A stretch of DNA of 64,000 nucleotides from an uncultured Pelagibacteraceae bacterium (lineage in GTDB: Bacteria > Pseudomonadota > Alphaproteobacteria > Pelagibacterales > AG-422-B15): positions 5,217 through 69,216 of the forward strand of contig CACIBF010000004.1 of NCBI GenBank assembly GCA_902584815.1, given 5' to 3'. The position numbers and the translations under genes were made by a program. Shown piece by piece: positions 1 through 14,372 of this stretch. How positions within the stretch are numbered: the stretch's first letter is position 1; every line of letters starts with the position of its first letter. The notes under the pieces are model-generated. The model was not told where the DNA came from. It did no database searches and was given only the letters and a program-made list of their open reading frames with translations.

Positions 1-380
1 GTATACCCAATCGGTATTGTAGATTTTATTAAAATTAAGACTTTTTTATTTAAATCAAGTGTCATTTTTAATGACTCCTCAATAGTAGAGGTATCAAATT
101 GACCTGTATGTACATTATAATCGGTAGGTGTAGATATAATCACAATTTCTGCATTATTAAGACATTCCTTGGGATTTGCTGTGGCTTTAAGGCTAAAATT
201 TCGTTTCTTAAAAATTTTTTCAACTTCGTCATCTTTTATTGGTAATATTTTTTTATTTATTTTATTAACTTTTATTAAATCTTTATCGTAACAAAAAACA
301 TTATGTTTTAATGAGATTAAACTAGCGAGCGAAAGCCCTACATATCCAGCACCAATTACAACAATATTTTTTTTTGTCAT
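1..380 (-). CDS. UDP-glucose/GDP-mannose 6-dehydrogenase family protein, N-terminal part only (the rest lies left of the window)
   Basis: My translation of the minus strand from the ATG at 380-378 gives MTKKNIVVIGAGYVGLSLASLISLKHNVFCYDKD... This is the GAGYVG Rossmann N-terminus of UDP-sugar dehydrogenases. The start forms an ATGA overlap with the stop of the preceding neuB-like gene. It is absent from the ORF track because it runs off the edge. Confidence 0.7.
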   Translation of the reverse strand, partial: MTKKNIVVIGAGYVGLSLASLISLKHNVFCYDKDLIKVNKINKKILPIKDDEVEKIFKKRNFSLKATANPKECLNNAEIVIISTPTDYNVHTGQFDTSTIEESLKMTLDLNKKVLILIKSTIPIGY

Positions 381-1408
381 ATAATCTTCATCTTATTAAA
401 AATATTTTTTCTTAATGGTTCACCTTTAGAAATATTTATTGGACATTTCTTACCTATTAAGCTGTCATAGAACCGTGGACTTAAGCCATTACCAGGACGA
501 ATCCTTCGAATATTTCTTTTTGAAAATTTTTCTCCTTTTTTAATATCTCTAACAACAAATATTGATCTTCTAAAAATCTTACTTTTATCCTCTGATTTTT
601 GTCTATAAAAAGTTTTCTTACCCAAAATTCTATATGTTTCATTAATTACACCTATGAATCTTTTGATTTCATTACCTTTCAATGAAAATTTTATGTCTAG
701 GCCATCAACTTGATGATTTAAGGCTATATGTTTTTCTATAATCTCAGCTCCTGCAGCAATTGCAGCTCTAGCTATATTATCATCTTTAGAATGATCAGAT
801 AAGCCAACCTTGCAATTAAACTTTTCTCTCAAAATTTTTATATTGTTAATATTAAAATCTTTTATATCTGCTGGATATTTACTAACACAATAGAGTAATG
901 AAATATCTTTTGCACCACACTTCCTGGCATAATTATATGTTTCTTCTATCTCTTTTAAAGAGGCCATGCCAGTTGATATAATCATAGGTTTATCTGTTTT
1001 TGCAATTCTTCGAATTAATGGCAAATCTGTCATTTCAAAAGATGCAACTTTATACATTGAGCAGTTTAAGTCCTCAAGAAAATCTACTGCGCTTTCATCA
1101 AAAGGAGTGCTAAAAATCTTTATTCCAAGCTTTCGGGCATAATCAAAAAGCTCTTTATGCCATTCTAATGGAGTGTGTGCCTCATCATATAAATCCCATA
1201 ACTGATAACCTTTCCATAAACCTTCATTGATCTTAAAATATTTTTTTGAAGATTTAATTGTCATCATGTCCGCTGTATATGTTTGTAGTTTAACTGCGCT
1301 GGCTCCATTATCTTTCGCACATTTTATTAACTTTTTTGCTAAAGATTTTTTTCCACAATGATTCGCAGATATTTCAGCAATAAAAAAAAGTTCTTTATTA
1401 CTTTTCAT
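377..1408 (-). CDS. neuB: NeuB-family nonulosonic acid synthase (N-acetylneuraminate / legionaminate / pseudaminate synthase type)
   Basis: The ORF track gives 377..1447. I prefer the internal ATG at 1408 (MKSNKELFFIAEISANHCGK), the usual NeuB N-terminus. Family motifs seen are KLQTY, DLPLIRRIAKTDKPMIISTGMA and LLYCVSKYPA. A C-terminal SAF domain is present (VVRDIKKGEKFSKRNIRRIRPGNGL). The sugar specificity cannot be decided from the sequence. Confidence 0.85.
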   Translation of the reverse strand: MKSNKELFFIAEISANHCGKKSLAKKLIKCAKDNGASAVKLQTYTADMMTIKSSKKYFKINEGLWKGYQLWDLYDEAHTPLEWHKELFDYARKLGIKIFSTPFDESAVDFLEDLNCSMYKVASFEMTDLPLIRRIAKTDKPMIISTGMASLKEIEETYNYARKCGAKDISLLYCVSKYPADIKDFNINNIKILREKFNCKVGLSDHSKDDNIARAAIAAGAEIIEKHIALNHQVDGLDIKFSLKGNEIKRFIGVINETYRILGKKTFYRQKSEDKSKIFRRSIFVVRDIKKGEKFSKRNIRRIRPGNGLSPRFYDSLIGKKCPINISKGEPLRKNIFNKMKII

Positions 1409-2195
1409 TATCAAATTTTTGAAACAATAAAGATATTTTATTGTCATCTAGATTTATTTGTTTTAATAATTTTAGCGTTTCATCAGAAGATGATTTCAAT
1501 GATGTTCTTATAATATTCATCCAATTAATATTATTATTTTTTCTAGTACTTTCTATTTGATTAATAATATCTAAATTTCTTTTCAACGTATTTTTTTTCT
1601 TAAGATGAAATTTTTTAACTGTCGCATATACGTTCTGATCCCAACTTTTAAGTAAGATTGGAAGATCATTCTTTCTATGAAATGATCCTTCACCTATTTG
1701 CTCAAAGCTTGGATACTTATTAGAGATAAGTCTATCAAATTTATTCATAAATAGATTCTCAATTTCATTTACAAGCACTTCATATGTATTGGCAAAGGTA
1801 AGCTTATTTCGATTTTTATTTAGATTAAAATCAATAAGTTTTTGATAAATTATTTTTCCACAATCAACTCTTTCATCAACTTCATGAATGGTTACCCCAG
1901 ATGGTGTATTTTCAACAAAAGACCAAAAATTTGGATGCGATCCTCTGTTATAAGGAAGGTATCCAATATGCAGGTTTATAATAGGAGCCTTGATTTTTTT
2001 TAATATTGATTTGTCTATAATATGTCGATAGCCAAAACAAATTACGAAATTAAACTTTTCAATATTAAATTTTTTTATGAAGCTTTTATTAATCTTCTTA
2101 TTATAATTTGATAATTGTATATTTTTATTAGATTTTAAAAAATCAATTAGACGAGTTTCTTTTTTCGAGTAACCTAAAAAAAGAATTTTAATCAT
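1398..2195 (-). CDS. Formyltransferase-domain protein (Fmt/PurN-like, probable sugar N-formyl/acyl modification)
   Basis: 265 aa. The core INLHIGYLPYNRGSHPNFW and the preceding ICFGYRHII strand resemble the formyl_trans_N fold. It sits in an operon with the neuB-like gene and overlaps its start. Confidence 0.6.
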   Translation of the reverse strand: MIKILFLGYSKKETRLIDFLKSNKNIQLSNYNKKINKSFIKKFNIEKFNFVICFGYRHIIDKSILKKIKAPIINLHIGYLPYNRGSHPNFWSFVENTPSGVTIHEVDERVDCGKIIYQKLIDFNLNKNRNKLTFANTYEVLVNEIENLFMNKFDRLISNKYPSFEQIGEGSFHRKNDLPILLKSWDQNVYATVKKFHLKKKNTLKRNLDIINQIESTRKNNNINWMNIIRTSLKSSSDETLKLLKQINLDDNKISLLFQKFDNEK

Positions 2196-2253
2196 TTTAA
2201 TACTATAATTTGTAAATTAAGTTAGTAAAGTGACAATTACTTCATGTTTAGTA

Positions 2254-2371
2254 GACTTGGCAATGTCCTACTCTCCCGTGCCTTAAGACACAGTACCATC
2301 GGCGCTGGAGCCCTTAACGTTCGAGTTCGAAATGGGATCGTGTGTAACCTCTCCGCTAAAACCACCAAGTC
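2254..2371 (-). rRNA. rrf: 5S ribosomal RNA
   Basis: The reverse complement reads GACTTGGTGGTTTTAGCGGAGAGGTTACACACGATCCCATTTCGAACTCGAACGTTAAGGGCTCCAGCGCCGATGGTACTGTGTCTTAAGGCACGGGAGAGTAGGACATTGCCAAGTC, a canonical 5S. It is flanked by a perfect 10-bp inverted repeat (2243-2252 / 2373-2382), probably a precursor processing stem. Confidence 0.95.
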
Positions 2372-2464
2372 AACTAAACATGAAATCAATACCAATTAAT
2401 AAATTTATTTATCATCTATCTTAAGTGTTGCTTGTTATGACTAGATCATTTCTAGTACATAGAA

Positions 2465-5200
<2,736 letters not shown>

Positions 5201-5327
5201 ATTCTATGTACAAGAAACGAACTATTGTTTCTTGCAGCATTACTTTTTGATATTTGAATTCTCAATAAAAATTTTATTAATTTAGTATTGATGTCACTTC
5301 ACGATGTAAATGGAAAAGCTTAAAACA

Positions 5328-5403
5328 TGGTGGAGCTTACCGGGATCGAACCGGTGACCCCCTGCTTGCAAAGCAGGTGCTCTCCCAGCTGAGCTAAAGC
5401 CCC
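5328..5403 (-). tRNA. tRNA-Ala (anticodon UGC), rRNA spacer tRNA
   Basis: The reverse complement is GGGGCTTTAGCTCAGCTGGGAGAGCACCTGCTTTGCAAGCAGGGGGTCACCGGTTCGATCCCGGTAAGCTCCACCA. It has a cloverleaf, a G3:U70 pair, a TGC anticodon and an encoded CCA. Confidence 0.95.
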
Positions 5404-5426
5404 AAAAGAGAAACCACCGATAAAAT

Positions 5427-5503
<77 letters not shown>

Positions 5504-5620
5504 GACAAAACGGTAGGCTTCATAGTTTTAAACAATGAAAGAGAAACGCGGACGGTAATCCACATATAATTACTAAGTTATAAATTTTTTAAATTCCGAA
5601 GAACTCAAAAAAACTCTTAG

Positions 5621-7109
<1,489 letters not shown>

Positions 7110-7363
7110 AAAAATGACGCACACAAATTATTGGCGGTGTTACATAAAATTAATTACATAACCCAATAGACGTGTACGGTTATTCTGTACTGCGAAATTA
7201 CCGCCCACGTTTCTCTTTCAATTTACTTTTCCAACAGCATAAAAGCGCACAAATCCCCCCATCTTTTTATCAAAAAAAGAAAAATAAGATTGCTATTATT
7301 TTAAAGTCAAAAACTTGACTATGTGCCGCAAGTTCAGAAGCATCACCGAACAAGGGTGAGGAG

Positions 7364-7391
7364 CTTTTTTAAAGGATAACCGCCATAAGTC
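7364..7391 (-). promoter_or_regulatory. Candidate rRNA operon promoter (-35 TTGACT, 16-nt spacer, -10 TAAAAA, GC-rich discriminator)
   Basis: The minus strand reads gttgcTTGACTtatggcggttatccttTAAAAAagctcctcaccc, about 255 nt upstream of the 16S 5' end. The GC-rich discriminator after the -10 is typical of rRNA promoters. A second TTGACT lies at 7311-7316 on the minus strand, within an AGTCAA/TTGACT inverted repeat. This is a prediction only. Confidence 0.35.
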
Positions 7392-7515
7392 AAGCAACAT
7401 ACGCAAAAAATGGCTCTAATTTGGGATTAAGTAGTGATAAGAAAACCTATATTTTTCAATTACTTAATTAATTTGAAAATTAATAAATAATCTTTTTAGT
7501 ATTTTATTTTAAATT

Positions 7516-8817
7516 ATGTATACCAAAAAATTAATTATGATGTTTTTTTTCAAAAAAAGAACAACTCTATTCATTGCCATGCTTCTTCTTGGTGTAATCG
7601 GTTGTGTATTTTTATTAAGTTACAATTTTTCGGAAAATATTAATTCAAACACAAGCAATGTTAATGATTTAGACCGAACATTAATATTTGCTAATAGTAA
7701 AGACTCCCTTGAAATTTCTTATAAGTATCAAGAGGTCTATTTTATTAAAGACGGTCAAACATTCTCAGATTTTCTTGATCAGTTTAATTTGAATAATAAT
7801 CAAAAAGCAAAAGTAATAAATTTAGTATCAAAAGAAATTGATTTAAAAAAAATCAGAATTGGAACTAAAATCGAAATTAATTCTAGTAAAATAAATGATA
7901 AAAAAGATATTGATTATATAATCATTTACCCAAGCAAAGAGCGCAGTATATATATCGATTTTGTCTCAGATGAAATTAAGTTAAAGGTTGATGAATTAAA
8001 AATTTTTAAAAGTTCAAAATTCGTTGAAGTTGAGGTTAACAATAGTATTTATCAATCAATGACCGCAAAAAAGATTCCAGAAAATATTATAATGGAATTC
8101 ATAAAACTCTTTAGTTTTGATATTGATTTCCAGAGAGATATTAGAAAAGAAAATATACTCACTTTGTATTTTGATTATTACAAAGATGAAAAACAAAACT
8201 ACGTTAAGTCAGATGTAATCAATTTTGCTAAAATAAGGCTCCATAATCAATCGTTTGAATTATATCGTTTTACCAATGATAAAGGAGAGCTAATAGATTA
8301 TTTTGACTCAAATGGCAAAAGCGCAACTAAAGCTTTAATGAAGACACCAATTAATGGAGCCAGACTTTCTTCAGCCTATGGAATGCGAAAACACCCAATT
8401 CTAGGATATAACCGATTACATCAAGGAGTAGATTTCGCTGCACCAACCGGTACACCTATTATGGCTGCTGGAACCGGTCGAATTGAAGTTATTGGAACTA
8501 ATGGTGCTGCCGGAAAATACATAAGAATAAAACATTTAAATGGTTATAAAACTGCATACGCCCATCTAAATTCATATGCCTCAGGAATGAGCAAGGGTGT
8601 TAAAGTACGTCAAGGTCAAACAATTGGATTTGTTGGTTCTACCGGTTTATCTACTGGTCCTCATTTGCATTACGAAGTTTGGTTTAATAATAAGAAAATA
8701 AATCCAATGACTATGAGACTTCCATCTGGAATTAAATTGAATGATAGCCAGTTAAAGAAATTTAAAAAAGTTAAGAAAAGAATAGACTTAGAAATAAATA
8801 ATGAAACTAATTTATAG
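7516..8817 (+). CDS. M23 family metallopeptidase (murein DD-endopeptidase-like) with N-terminal membrane anchor
   Basis: The C-terminal LytM/M23 motifs are HPILGYNRLHQGVDFAAPTGTPI and GSTGLSTGPHLHYEV. The N-terminus is hydrophobic (LFIAMLLLGVIGCVFLL). The start could instead be the Met at codon 8 or 9. Confidence 0.9.
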   Translation: MYTKKLIMMFFFKKRTTLFIAMLLLGVIGCVFLLSYNFSENINSNTSNVNDLDRTLIFANSKDSLEISYKYQEVYFIKDGQTFSDFLDQFNLNNNQKAKVINLVSKEIDLKKIRIGTKIEINSSKINDKKDIDYIIIYPSKERSIYIDFVSDEIKLKVDELKIFKSSKFVEVEVNNSIYQSMTAKKIPENIIMEFIKLFSFDIDFQRDIRKENILTLYFDYYKDEKQNYVKSDVINFAKIRLHNQSFELYRFTNDKGELIDYFDSNGKSATKALMKTPINGARLSSAYGMRKHPILGYNRLHQGVDFAAPTGTPIMAAGTGRIEVIGTNGAAGKYIRIKHLNGYKTAYAHLNSYASGMSKGVKVRQGQTIGFVGSTGLSTGPHLHYEVWFNNKKINPMTMRLPSGIKLNDSQLKKFKKVKKRIDLEINNETNL

Positions 8818-9214
8818 ATTTAGACTCTTCTGTTTCTTCACTTATTTCTTTTGATTTTGCTTTTGGAAACTCTGCATCATTAGTCTCATCTGTTTTGTGA
8901 GATCCATTAGCTTTTCCGTTTGAATTTCCATTTGTACGAGCATTTCTCTCGTTTATCATTCGACTATAGTGCTCAGCGTGTTGAAGGTAATTTTCAGCTC
9001 CTACATAGTCTCCTGAAGAAGTAGCATCCTTAGCCAAGTTTTTATATTTCTCTAATACAGTAGACAAACTTCCGGTAACTCTTGAGCTATTGTTCATGGA
9101 GCCATTACCGAAGCTCTCATTGCTATTTCTATGATTGTTTGCTCTTTTAAAAGGAGCTCTTTTTTTATATTTCACTTTAGAAAAATAATCCTGTAATTTT
9201 GGAAAATAGTACAA
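8807..9214 (-). CDS. DUF4167 domain protein
   Basis: It contains the DUF4167 signature KYKNLAKDATSSGDYVGAENYLQHAEHY, as I recall it from alphaproteobacteria. The N- and C-termini are basic and low-complexity. It is convergent with the M23 gene, with an 11-nt overlap. Confidence 0.7.
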   Translation of the reverse strand: MYYFPKLQDYFSKVKYKKRAPFKRANNHRNSNESFGNGSMNNSSRVTGSLSTVLEKYKNLAKDATSSGDYVGAENYLQHAEHYSRMINERNARTNGNSNGKANGSHKTDETNDAEFPKAKSKEISEETEESKSIN

Positions 9215-9272
9215 TCTAAAATTGTAAACAGAGATAAACTAGTCTCAGACATAAAAATAATCAAGTATTAAA

Positions 9273-10116
9273 TTAATTCATCTTGGCAACAATGCAGCGA
9301 GGTCTATTAGTTAAATCATTTTCAGCCGCTAAGACTGAAAAGTTGTTATCTTTCAATATATTAGATACTAGGACATGATCCCTATAATCAATTTCAAAAA
9401 ATACATAACAATTCTTGTTATTAGTTAATTTAATATTGCTAATAATTCTTCTATAACAATCTTTAGTATTTTTTTTTTGGAAATAAAGCTAAATGTGGTT
9501 CAAAATTAAATACCTCTTCAGTGATTTCATTTATTTCATTTTTAGGTACATATGGTGGATTGCAAATGATTATATTGAATCCTTTTGTATCATAAGTAAA
9601 AAAATCATGAACAAAAAATGAGAGATTCAAATCATTATTAATATTTTTTTTATTTTTATTGGCGATTGAAATTGCATTTTTAGAAATATCAATACCAGTA
9701 CCTTGACTATTCGTAAACTCTTCTAAAATTGAAATTATTAGACAGCCAGAACCTGTACCAAGATCAAGAAAATTAAAACCTTCATCTTGAGGTAAATATT
9801 TTAATACACTTTCTACCAAAGCTTCGGAGTCTGGTCTTGGTATAAGTGTATCTTTTGAAACAGAAAAAGTATTTTTCCAAAAATCTTTCTGTCCAGTGAT
9901 ATGAGCTATTGGCTCATGATTCATCCTCCTAAGAATTTTTAGCTTATACGACTCAAAATCTTTTTGAGATATATAGTGATTTAATAATTTTATAAAATCT
10001 TCATCATTAAAATCTAATTGATTTTTTATTAATAATTTTGCATCTAACTTTGATTGACTAAAGCCAGAGGCAGATAGAGCCTTCGTCCCATAATTTAAAG
10101 CCTCGGAAATGATCAT
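9273..10116 (-). CDS. prmC: Release-factor glutamine N5-methyltransferase PrmC, reading frame interrupted by a 1-nt shift at an A10 run (T10 at 9469-9478 on the plus strand)
   Basis: The ORF-track piece 9463..10116 carries [11 protein letters not shown] (SAM motif) and IICNPPYVP (NPPY), then stops as ...[12 protein letters not shown]. One base out of frame the protein continues [17 protein letters not shown]...[14 protein letters not shown], with the stop at 9273-9275. That gives about 280 aa, the normal PrmC length. There is a 4-nt overlap with the prfA stop. Confidence 0.85.
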
Positions 10117-11189
10117 GTTTGATCTCCCTGAGCTGCAATATTTAAATTAGAAATTATTTCATCTAAACCATCAGCATTTAAAATTTGTTCTAATTTATAT
10201 AGTGTTAAATTTATTCTATGGTCAGTTACTCTTCCTTGTGGAAAATTATATGTTCTAATTCGTTCTGATCTATCACCAGAACCAATCTGAGATTTGCGTT
10301 TGTCAGCTCTTTCATCTGCTTGTTTTTTTCGCTCATAATCATAAAGTCTCGTTTTTAGAACGATCATTGCTTTTGCTCTATTTTTATGTTGTGATTTTTC
10401 ATCTTGTTGTTGCACGACAATACCTGAGGGTAAATGAGTAATTCTAACAGCGCTATCGGTAGTATTCACTGACTGTCCTCCAGGTCCACTGGATCTAAAA
10501 ACATCTACTCTTAAATCTTTTTCTTCTATCTCAATATCAACATCATCTGCCTCTGGCAAGACAACTACACTTGCTGCAGAAGTATGAATTCTACCCTGAG
10601 ATTCAGTTTCAGGCACTCTTTGAACTCGGTGAACTCCCGACTCATATTTCAAGAGAGAATAAACACTTTGTCCTGAAATCTTAATTGTACTTTCTTTAAT
10701 TCCCCCATGGTCCGAGTCAGATATAGATATGATTTCAAATTTCCATTTTAAATTTTCAGAAAACTTTTGATACATTCTAAATAAATCACCTGCAAACAAA
10801 GCGGCCTCATCACCTCCTGTACCTGCCCTTATCTCAAGAATTACATTCTTCTCATCGAGAGGATCTTTTGGAATTAGGGCAGCCTTGAGATTTCTTTCAC
10901 TTATTTCAAATTTTTCTTGAGATTCTTGTAATTCTTTTTTTGCAATAGATGAGATTTCTTCATCATTTTCATTAATGAGCTCATTTAAATCTGAGATCTC
11001 ATTTTGAATACTTAGATATTCTCTTATACTCTCAATAATTGGCTTTAAATCTGAATATTCTTTTGAAATTTTGATATATTCTTCTTTATCACTTATTGAA
11101 GCATTTAATTGATCCTCAAGAAGCTTATAACGGTCAATAAATTTATTTAATTCTTCAGTTTTTATCATTTCTTGAAATCTTATCCTCAA
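10113..11189 (-). CDS. prfA: Peptide chain release factor 1
   Basis: It has the GGQ motif ([24 protein letters not shown]) and an RF1-type tripeptide region ([14 protein letters not shown]). The start could be the Met at codon 8 (11168), which would shorten the overlap with ispG. Confidence 0.95.
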   Translation of the reverse strand: MRIRFQEMIKTEELNKFIDRYKLLEDQLNASISDKEEYIKISKEYSDLKPIIESIREYLSIQNEISDLNELINENDEEISSIAKKELQESQEKFEISERNLKAALIPKDPLDEKNVILEIRAGTGGDEAALFAGDLFRMYQKFSENLKWKFEIISISDSDHGGIKESTIKISGQSVYSLLKYESGVHRVQRVPETESQGRIHTSAASVVVLPEADDVDIEIEEKDLRVDVFRSSGPGGQSVNTTDSAVRITHLPSGIVVQQQDEKSQHKNRAKAMIVLKTRLYDYERKKQADERADKRKSQIGSGDRSERIRTYNFPQGRVTDHRINLTLYKLEQILNADGLDEIISNLNIAAQGDQT

Positions 11190-12249
11190 CTAATTGAACA
11201 ATGTGATCGACAATATCTGAGTTATTAATTTTATGATCCGCCACCCCAGAAAGATAAACCATATTTGTATCTTTACCCCCACCGGTTAAACCAATCTCAC
11301 TTTTTAGAGCCTCACCTGGACCATTAACGACACAGCCTATAATAGAAATTGTGAGTGGCTCTTTAATATGACTTAATTTTTGCTCTAAAATCTTAACAGT
11401 ATCTATAACAGGAAAACCCTGTCTTGCGCACGAAGGACAAGAAACAATCTTTACACCCCTGGTTCTTAAATCAAGACTTTTAAGTATTTCAAAACCTACT
11501 TTAACTTCTTCTACTGGATTGTCTGTAAGGGAGATTCTTATTGTATCACCAATTCCATCCATTAGTAATTGACCTAAGCTGATTGCAGACTTGATTGTAC
11601 CACTCAGATATGTACCAGCCTCAGTTAATCCAAGGTGAAAAGGATAATCACATTTTTCAGATAATTTTTTATATGCTTTTACTGTTGTATGAATATTTGA
11701 AGCTTTAACACTAATCTTAAAATTATTGAAATTATTTTCTTCTAGAAGTTGAATATTTTCTAATGCGCTTTCAACCATAGCATCAGAACAAGGTTCTTTA
11801 TATTTATTAAGAATTTTTTCAGATAATGATCCGGCGTTTACGCCGATCCTCATACTTATATCATTTGACTTAGCTGCAGAAATAACTTCTTTTATTTTTT
11901 CAGAGCCTATATTTCCTGGATTTATCCTTAAACATGAAGCGCCTGAGTCTGCTGCTTCAAGCGCTCTCTTATAATGAAAATGTATATCTGCGACTATTGG
12001 AACAGAAACTTGATCAATAATTTCTTTAAGAGCTAAAGATGATTTTTCAGTTGGACATGATACTCTAACAATATCTACTCCTTCATTCTCAAGATCAACA
12101 ATTTGTGCAACTGTTGCATCTATATCCTCTGTAATAGTATTAGTCATCGATTGAACAGAAATTGGCGAGTTTCCCCCAACTTCTAATTTTCCAATGCGTA
12201 CAATTTTTGTTTTTCTACGTGAATAAGTATTATCAGTATTGTATGTCAT
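11155..12249 (-). CDS. ispG: 4-hydroxy-3-methylbut-2-en-1-yl diphosphate synthase (MEP pathway)
   Basis: The protein shows full-length IspG/GcpE similarity. The Fe-S cysteines are in [12 protein letters not shown] and [13 protein letters not shown]. Confidence 0.95.
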   Translation of the reverse strand: MTYNTDNTYSRRKTKIVRIGKLEVGGNSPISVQSMTNTITEDIDATVAQIVDLENEGVDIVRVSCPTEKSSLALKEIIDQVSVPIVADIHFHYKRALEAADSGASCLRINPGNIGSEKIKEVISAAKSNDISMRIGVNAGSLSEKILNKYKEPCSDAMVESALENIQLLEENNFNNFKISVKASNIHTTVKAYKKLSEKCDYPFHLGLTEAGTYLSGTIKSAISLGQLLMDGIGDTIRISLTDNPVEEVKVGFEILKSLDLRTRGVKIVSCPSCARQGFPVIDTVKILEQKLSHIKEPLTISIIGCVVNGPGEALKSEIGLTGGGKDTNMVYLSGVADHKINNSDIVDHIVQLVEDKISRNDKN

Positions 12250-12287
12250 AAATTATCAATAATTTTCTCTTATAAGAAAATTGTTTC

Positions 12288-13526
12288 TTAAGGCTTATCT
12301 AATTCAAAAACATCATGTAGTGCATTGACCGCATCATTGGTTTTTGACTTTTCAATAAGAACGCTTACCTTAATTTCTGAAGTTGATATTACCTCTATAT
12401 TAATGCCTTGTGCAGATAGACATTCAAACATTTTTGCTGCTATACCAGGCTGATTTCTCATTCCTGATCCTATAATCGAAACCTTAGACAGATTATCTTC
12501 ACTTAGAACTTGTAAAAAATTCATCTCGCTTTTCAATGACGAAATTACATCTAAAGATTTATTTAAGTCAGACATTGGAACTGTAAAAGTCATATTTGTT
12601 TTTTTTCTCTCAATGAAATTATTCTGCACAATCATATCAACATTTATTGATTGATTTGATAAAGATCTAAATATTTTAGCGGCAATTCCAGGCTGATCAA
12701 CCAGATCGATTATTGTTATTTTTGCCTCATCTTTTGAATATGCAACTCCTGTTACTGCTTTTGCTTGATTTTCATCCACATCAAAAGATATTTGAGTCCC
12801 TTCTTGATCAGGAGAAAATGTTGATCTTACTTGTACATTGACGTTTTCAATCATTGCTGACTCAACTGAAGAAGTTTGTAATACTTTTGCACCCTGAGAA
12901 GCCATTTCTATCATTTCTTCATATGAAATTTTATCTAACTTTTTTACTTTGCCTGTCATTTTTGGATCTGATGTATATACGCCATCAACATCTGTATAAA
13001 TATCGCAACGATCCGCTTTTAATGATGAGGCTAAAAAAACAGCAGTATTATCTGATCCACCTCTTCCAATTGTAGTTATACGAGACTCAGATGATAAACC
13101 TTGAAATCCAGCTAAAACAGAAACCTTTCTTTCTTTGAAGCATTCATTAATTTTATCAGGAATAATTTTTCTTATATTAGCATTACGATGTGGTCCGTTT
13201 GTAATTATTGGAAGTTGCCACCCTAACCATGATATTGCAGGTACACCAATTTCATTAAGAGCCAATGACATTAGACCTGAAGTTACTTGTTCACCAGAAG
13301 AAACAACGACATCATATTCAGTATTAAATTCTTCCGAGTCGGATTTAGAGCTATGAAAATCATTAACGTAATTAATTAAATTATTTGTAGTTCCTGCCAT
13401 AGCTGAAACTACAACAGCAATATTATGACCATTATCATACTCTTTTTTAACAATTTTAGCGGCTGACTTAATTAGTTCTGTCGAAGCAACAGAAGTACCC
13501 CCAAATTTTAATACTAGTGTGGACAT
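12288..13526 (-). CDS. lysC: Aspartate kinase
   Basis: The N-terminus is LVLKFGGTSVAS. The kinase core includes GRGGSDNTAV. Two C-terminal ACT domains are present. Confidence 0.95.
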   Translation of the reverse strand: MSTLVLKFGGTSVASTELIKSAAKIVKKEYDNGHNIAVVVSAMAGTTNNLINYVNDFHSSKSDSEEFNTEYDVVVSSGEQVTSGLMSLALNEIGVPAISWLGWQLPIITNGPHRNANIRKIIPDKINECFKERKVSVLAGFQGLSSESRITTIGRGGSDNTAVFLASSLKADRCDIYTDVDGVYTSDPKMTGKVKKLDKISYEEMIEMASQGAKVLQTSSVESAMIENVNVQVRSTFSPDQEGTQISFDVDENQAKAVTGVAYSKDEAKITIIDLVDQPGIAAKIFRSLSNQSINVDMIVQNNFIERKKTNMTFTVPMSDLNKSLDVISSLKSEMNFLQVLSEDNLSKVSIIGSGMRNQPGIAAKMFECLSAQGINIEVISTSEIKVSVLIEKSKTNDAVNALHDVFELDKP

Positions 13527-13637
13527 TTTTTAGTTTACGATTAAATAAGTTTATAATCTGATAAGCTTATAATAGTTTTAAGTTGCTTTAGGATTACTTT
13601 ATATAGGTATTTTAATCAAGTATAAGTTGGCTTTAAA

Positions 13638-14372
13638 ATGAAACACAGCAGCATAAATCCCCAAGAAGTAAAGAAATTTACTGAGCTTGCTAATGAATGG
13701 TGGAAGCCTAATGGTAAATTTAAAACTTTGCACAAATTTAATCCATCCAGGCTAGATTTTATCATCAGAAATATAAAATTAAACTATTCCATATCTGACA
13801 ATGTAAAACAAAGACCACTTGAGGGGTTATCAATTTTAGATATTGGATGTGGTGGTGGCTTGTTATGTGAACCATTATCAAGACTCGGTGCAAATGTAAC
13901 TGGAATTGATGCATCAAAACAAAATATCGAAGCCGCATCAATACATGCAGAAAATAATAATCTAAATATTAATTATATCCATACCACAGTTGAGGAGTTA
14001 GGTATTAAAGGAAGTTTTGACACAATACTAAACATGGAAGTTGTGGAACACGTAAATAATCAAAAAATATTTATAAAAAGAAGTTGTGAACTATTGAATA
14101 AAAATGGGCTTATATTTGTTGCTACATTAAATAAAACTTTATTTTCTCTTATTTTTGCAAAATATACTGCGGAATACATACTCAATCTCTTACCGAGAGG
14201 GACACATGAATGGAATAAATTTCTTACTCCTGAAGAAGTTTACTCATTTCTAATTCAAAATAATTGTGAAGTTATAGAGTCTGTAGGCATAAATTTTAAT
14301 CCACTCTTAAATAGTTGGAATGAGTCGAAAAGTATGAAAGCAAACTTTATTGTGACAGGTAAAAAAAATTAA
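13638..14372 (+). CDS. ubiG: Bifunctional 3-demethylubiquinol 3-O-methyltransferase
   Basis: It begins with the WWKPNGKFKTLHKFNPSRLDFI leader. SAM motif I is ILDIGCGGGLLCEPLSRLGANVTGIDAS. The length (244 aa) is typical of UbiG. Confidence 0.9.
   Translation: MKHSSINPQEVKKFTELANEWWKPNGKFKTLHKFNPSRLDFIIRNIKLNYSISDNVKQRPLEGLSILDIGCGGGLLCEPLSRLGANVTGIDASKQNIEAASIHAENNNLNINYIHTTVEELGIKGSFDTILNMEVVEHVNNQKIFIKRSCELLNKNGLIFVATLNKTLFSLIFAKYTAEYILNLLPRGTHEWNKFLTPEEVYSFLIQNNCEVIESVGINFNPLLNSWNESKSMKANFIVTGKKN

Noticed and set aside
9242-9250. GTCTnAGAC 9-mers occur in two short spacers upstream of minus-strand genes, GTCTCAGAC at 9242-9250 and GTCTAAGAC at 44808-44816. They might be a shared motif.
   Set aside because: Only 8 positions are specified. 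I could not scan the whole window exhaustively for further copies. My rough expectation is that one or more such 9-mers would arise by chance in 64 kb. The evidence is insufficient.
13527-13637. The lysC 5' region could hold a lysine riboswitch. It contains the palindrome ATAAGCTTAT.
   Set aside because: The spacer is only 111 bp and is shared with the divergent ubiG. That is too short for an L-box, and I see none of its conserved GC-rich helices. The palindrome is a single 10-mer without a partner.
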